Virus record (IMG/VR): IMGVR_UViG_3300021963_007890
Location: 1-64,000 of that record
Strand: one strand, 5' to 3'
From: a virus
Length of the DNA stretch: 64,000 nt
A program made the translations under genes and the position numbers. The notes beneath the pieces are model-generated. The model was not told the DNA's origin, ran no database searches, and was given only the letters and a program-made list of their open reading frames with translations. This document shows, piece after piece, positions 60,758-64,000 of this stretch. Position 1 is the first letter of the stretch. The number at the start of each line of letters is the position of its first letter.

Positions 60758-62323
60758 ATGAAAACAAGTGATTTTAAAAAAAAATTAACCAGTAAGGCTC
60801 TTTTAGAAAACATCTCTCGCCAATTTAATATCAAGTTAAATCTTGATGGTTATAACAGAGAGCAATTAGAAGATTATAGAAATAAGTTGAGAACTAGAGT
60901 ATTTCAACAAGAAAACAATTCAGCTATAAATTCATTACTTACAGATGAAACATACCAGAAAGATAAAGCAATGCTGGAATTGCTAAACACAAGGATTAAA
61001 GAAATGCTAGGCGAAGATCTTAAAAAACTTAGAGATAAAATTGATGCTTTGGAAGAAGCGAAAAAAGGTGTTAGAGCACCAAAATATACCAAGAAAGCAA
61101 AAGGTGCTGATGATGGTAACCTAGCCAATAACTATCCTCCGTTTGATAAAGTTACCAGAGGCGATGTAATTGCCGGTGCTACTGGTAAAGATCAAAAAGG
61201 TGGAAAGAAGAAAGATGTAAAAGCAGACGAAGGTCGTCGCATTGCAGGCAAAGGTTACGATAATCCTGAACACGATAGTAAACCGCCAGAGGGTAAAGTT
61301 CCCTTTACCAGTTTTCATCAAGGCAAGCAAGGTGATCAGGCCGCAAGACTACATGCTACACAGGTTAAAGGTAAGTTGGTCAAGGGCAAGGCACAGAGCG
61401 CAAAACAAGATGAGCCAGGTGTAAAAGAAGAAAAGTTCGATCCGTTAAAGCATGTTAAAAATCCTACACCAGGTGAAAAGAAGGCTGCTAAGGATGTTAA
61501 GCGTAGTAGCTATGCTGATCGTGCCGCAATGTTAAGATCAGCCGAAAAAGATGGACGCTTAAAAGAAGCAGATGACAAGTGTAATCATACACCAAAAGGT
61601 AAGAAATGTCCAGTACATGGTCTAAAAGAGTGTGGCACAATGGAAGGCAAGGACGAAGGTAAGCCAGGTAAGAACTTTGCTAAGATTGCTAAGAAAGCAG
61701 GCGAAAAGTATGGCAGCAAGGCAGCAGGTGAGCGTGTAGCAGGTGCTGTTCGTCAAAAATTAAAGAAGGCTGGTAAATTAGAAGAAGCTAATCTAGTCTT
61801 CAAACGTAATGTTCGTACAGTAAATGAAAGTCTTGCTTATCTATTAAGCGAGGATGAGGAAGGTAAGGCCAAAGCTATCACAGCCGCAGGTGATATGGTA
61901 AATGATTATACAAGCTGGATGCAGCGTGTTGGCCAATACCAAACTAAGAGTATGATTGAACTTGCTGATGCTATCCGTGCTGACTTTGGACCTGCCGAAG
62001 CAGAGGCATTTAAGCAGGCTGTAGGCCCAGCGTTAAGTGCTACATTAGAAGTTCTTACTCAACAACGTGAAGCAATTTCAAATGCTGTAGCAGCACTGGC
62101 AGGAGAACAAATGCCTACAGAGCCGATGGGCATGGACACAGGTATGGAACCAGATATGGATGCTGCGGCTCCAGATATGATGAATGAACCTGCTGCCGAT
62201 GAGTTTGGTGCTGCTGATGCTGCTGCGGGTGGTCCTGAGGCTGCTGGTCGTGAAATGCGTGAAAGTAAGTTTGCTCGCAAAATAGCAGAATCTCATAGCA
62301 TAATTACCAAACTAGCAAAATGA
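60758..62323 (+). CDS. Prohead core/scaffold-like protein (start revised to MKTSDF)
   Basis: Charged helical termini, low-complexity middle broken by xxE sites (LEE, VKE, LKE, TME, VNE, LSE, MRE, IAE), acidic Ala/Pro tail. Confidence 0.55.
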   Translation: MKTSDFKKKLTSKALLENISRQFNIKLNLDGYNREQLEDYRNKLRTRVFQQENNSAINSLLTDETYQKDKAMLELLNTRIKEMLGEDLKKLRDKIDALEEAKKGVRAPKYTKKAKGADDGNLANNYPPFDKVTRGDVIAGATGKDQKGGKKKDVKADEGRRIAGKGYDNPEHDSKPPEGKVPFTSFHQGKQGDQAARLHATQVKGKLVKGKAQSAKQDEPGVKEEKFDPLKHVKNPTPGEKKAAKDVKRSSYADRAAMLRSAEKDGRLKEADDKCNHTPKGKKCPVHGLKECGTMEGKDEGKPGKNFAKIAKKAGEKYGSKAAGERVAGAVRQKLKKAGKLEEANLVFKRNVRTVNESLAYLLSEDEEGKAKAITAAGDMVNDYTSWMQRVGQYQTKSMIELADAIRADFGPAEAEAFKQAVGPALSATLEVLTQQREAISNAVAALAGEQMPTEPMGMDTGMEPDMDAAAPDMMNEPAADEFGAADAAAGGPEAAGREMRESKFARKIAESHSIITKLAK

Positions 62324-62667
62324 AAATAAAGGAACTTTTTGAAGACCCGAGTTATGATATCGGGTCTCTTAGAAGTGCCTTGGCTGTCAGGCAGGGACAG
62401 GTTAAAAAAAGTGGTGCCTCTAAAGAACTTCCCCTTGCTGTGATAAAAGATATAGCAAGAGATCTTGGATTTTCTATCACAGATCTTGATACATTAAAAG
62501 CATTCAAAGATAAAATTGATCCCACAGGTGATGTTTTTGATATCACGGACAAAGGCACAATTATTCTAAATAAACCAGAATCAGCTATGATGCCTGGTAA
62601 AGGTGCAGGCCCTAGTGTAGATGCAATGGCCGCAAGCAACAGCAAAACACTATCTCCAAAAATTTGA
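62320..62667 (+). CDS. Hypothetical probable head protein
   Basis: MKIKELFE start; ends VDAMAASN. Confidence 0.65.
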   Translation: MKIKELFEDPSYDIGSLRSALAVRQGQVKKSGASKELPLAVIKDIARDLGFSITDLDTLKAFKDKIDPTGDVFDITDKGTIILNKPESAMMPGKGAGPSVDAMAASNSKTLSPKI

Positions 62668-62692
62668 CTTAGGTAATTAGGACTAGTATAAT
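62664..62692 (+). promoter_or_regulatory. Sigma70-type early promoter for the exonuclease
   Basis: TTGACT 62664-62669, 17-bp spacer, TATAAT 62687-62692. Confidence 0.75.
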
Positions 62693-62699
62693 TAGCAGT

Positions 62700-63389
62700 A
62701 TGAATTATACTCCACCTCCTTTTGTTGATAAATTTCAATATAAAAATTGTAAGCAGATTAACGATCCAATTACTCGTAAGCGTGTATATCTTACACCTGA
62801 CGGCGAACGCTTACCCAGTGTTACTACCATCCTCAGTGCTACCAAAGATATGACAGCATTAAATGAATGGCGTGATAGAATTGGGCACGAAAAGGCTCAA
62901 CAGATTACTACAGAAGCGGCAGGCATAGGAACAGCCATGCACGGTAACCTAGAACGTTTTATCGCAGGTCTACAAAGACAACCGGGTAATAATCCTGTTC
63001 ATGTACAAGCTAATAAAATGGCAGATATTATAATTGAAAACGGACTAAAAGATGTGGATGAAGTTTGGGCTATGGAACAAAGTCTTTATTATCCTGGCTT
63101 ATATTCAGGGACCACCGACCTTGTTGGTGTTTATAAAGGTAATCCTAGTGTAATGGACTATAAACAGACTAATAAGCCCAAAAAAGAAGCCTGGATAGAT
63201 GATTATAAAATTCAGCTAGTTGCCTATATTATGGCACATAACCAAGTCTACGGTACTGATATAAAAGAAGGTCATGTCTTCATGTGCTCTAGAGATCTTC
63301 AATATCAACAGTTTGACCTAAGGCCTGACGAATTTGAACATTGGCAAAATCAATGGTTAGATAAAGTAGAAGAATACTATACCAAGTGA
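62700..63389 (+). CDS. PD-(D/E)XK exonuclease (phage Cas4-like/MGME1-like family)
   Basis: LPSVTTIL, GTAMHGNLE, YSGTTDLV, MDYKQT, QLVAY. Confidence 0.85.
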   Translation: MNYTPPPFVDKFQYKNCKQINDPITRKRVYLTPDGERLPSVTTILSATKDMTALNEWRDRIGHEKAQQITTEAAGIGTAMHGNLERFIAGLQRQPGNNPVHVQANKMADIIIENGLKDVDEVWAMEQSLYYPGLYSGTTDLVGVYKGNPSVMDYKQTNKPKKEAWIDDYKIQLVAYIMAHNQVYGTDIKEGHVFMCSRDLQYQQFDLRPDEFEHWQNQWLDKVEEYYTK

Positions 63390-63417
63390 ATGCAAGGACT
63401 TAAACAACTTCTAACCT

Positions 63418-63445
63418 GATAAATATCCTATAAGGGGATATTATC
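63418..63445 (+). promoter_or_regulatory. Late promoter embedded in an SD-sequestering hairpin
   Basis: GATAAATATCC...GGATATTATC inverted repeat; TAAATA 63420-63425 in the 5' arm, AAGGGG SD in the loop/3' arm. Confidence 0.6.
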
Positions 63446-63446
63446 T

Positions 63447-64000
63447 ATGCCAGTTGTTGAAATAGCGAAAATTCAGGTTCGCAGAGGACAAGAAAACCAA
63501 TCTGGGACTCCTGTTTTGGATAGTGGGGAATTTGGATGGGCTTCAGATACTGAAAAACTTTATATCGGGCTCCGTAGGGTAGATGGTGGATCGAGAGACG
63601 CCAATGTAAGAATTCTGACAGAAAATGATCTAAGAAACTTTTTTCAATCATCAGTAATCGCTAATCTTAATACAACTACTTTATATACATTTAAAGTTGG
63701 CACTTTTATTGCAACCAGTAATACTACACATATTCCTCCCACTGGCCCACAGGTTGTTAGAAGTATTCAAGGTAAATTAGATGATATTGTTAGTATCAAA
63801 GATTTTGGGGCTATCGGTGATGGTATAAATGATGACCATATGGCTTTTCAAACTGCCATAGATAATCTCTACCTTTATGATAGATGGAAAAACACTTTAA
63901 GCCTTGCTACAGGCACAGAGAAAACACTATTTTTACCAAAAGGTTCTTATTTAATCAGTCAAACTTTGTATATACCTTCTAAAGTTAGAATTCAAGGTGA
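63447..64000 (+). CDS. 3'-truncated tailspike/baseplate protein with pectate-lyase-like beta-helix start
   Basis: Manual translation: MPVVEIAKIQVRRG...GEFGWASDTEKLYIG...SIQGKLDDIVSIKDFGAIGDGINDD; runs off the window. Confidence 0.8.
   Translation, partial: MPVVEIAKIQVRRGQENQSGTPVLDSGEFGWASDTEKLYIGLRRVDGGSRDANVRILTENDLRNFFQSSVIANLNTTTLYTFKVGTFIATSNTTHIPPTGPQVVRSIQGKLDDIVSIKDFGAIGDGINDDHMAFQTAIDNLYLYDRWKNTLSLATGTEKTLFLPKGSYLISQTLYIPSKVRIQG

Noticed and set aside
62700-63389. Cas4-like nuclease as sign of a CRISPR-Cas system
   Set aside because: No array or other cas genes and no Cas4 Fe-S cysteine set; stand-alone PD-(D/E)XK exonucleases are common in large phages.
63445-63651. 68-aa minus-strand ORF in the track
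   Set aside because: Shadow of the plus-strand gene starting at 63447, which has a promoter, SD and recognisable motifs but lacks a stop inside the window.
1-64000. Stop-codon reassignment, as in some jumbo phages
   Set aside because: Code 11 gives full-length, densely packed genes; TAG and TGA end genes at sensible, often coupled, positions.
1-64000. tRNA, rRNA, riboswitch (for example cobalamin) or diversity-generating retroelement
   Set aside because: Intergenic gaps are short and none showed a cloverleaf or riboswitch core by eye; no reverse transcriptase or TR/VR pair seen. A tRNAscan/Infernal run would be needed to exclude them fully.

Overview
A 64-kb segment of a large, AT-rich dsDNA bacteriophage (T4-superfamily/jumbo myovirus-like), read in the standard genetic code. 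Host-derived iscU, iscA, erpA and infA point to a proteobacterial host (inference). Layout: (1) end of a virion gene with a Hint domain, then an Ig-like protein. (2) A ~14-kb modification island (2557-16431): a repeat-fused GT-A glycosyltransferase-like protein, nine radical-SAM enzymes in two convergent, translationally coupled operons (eight with SPASM/twitch-type extra Cys motifs, one cobalamin-dependent), and a class I methyltransferase. (3) SleB-type hydrolase plus a membrane protein, Fe-S assembly genes on back-to-back TATAAATA late promoters, ATP-dependent DNA ligase, IF-1 and an HNH nuclease. (4) ~31 kb of fibre/baseplate/virion genes, including a collagen-like fibre and a 4471-aa repeat protein. 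(5) A ferredoxin-dependent bilin reductase, a modular head polyprotein with GH19 and HExxH domains, a cascade of minus-strand micro-ORFs, head/core-like genes, a PD-(D/E)XK exonuclease and the start of a tailspike-like gene. The best candidate for an undescribed system is the apparently late-expressed radical-SAM/glycosyltransferase/methyltransferase cluster with its own Fe-S carriers. All assignments come from motifs read by eye; no database searches or composition calculations were run.
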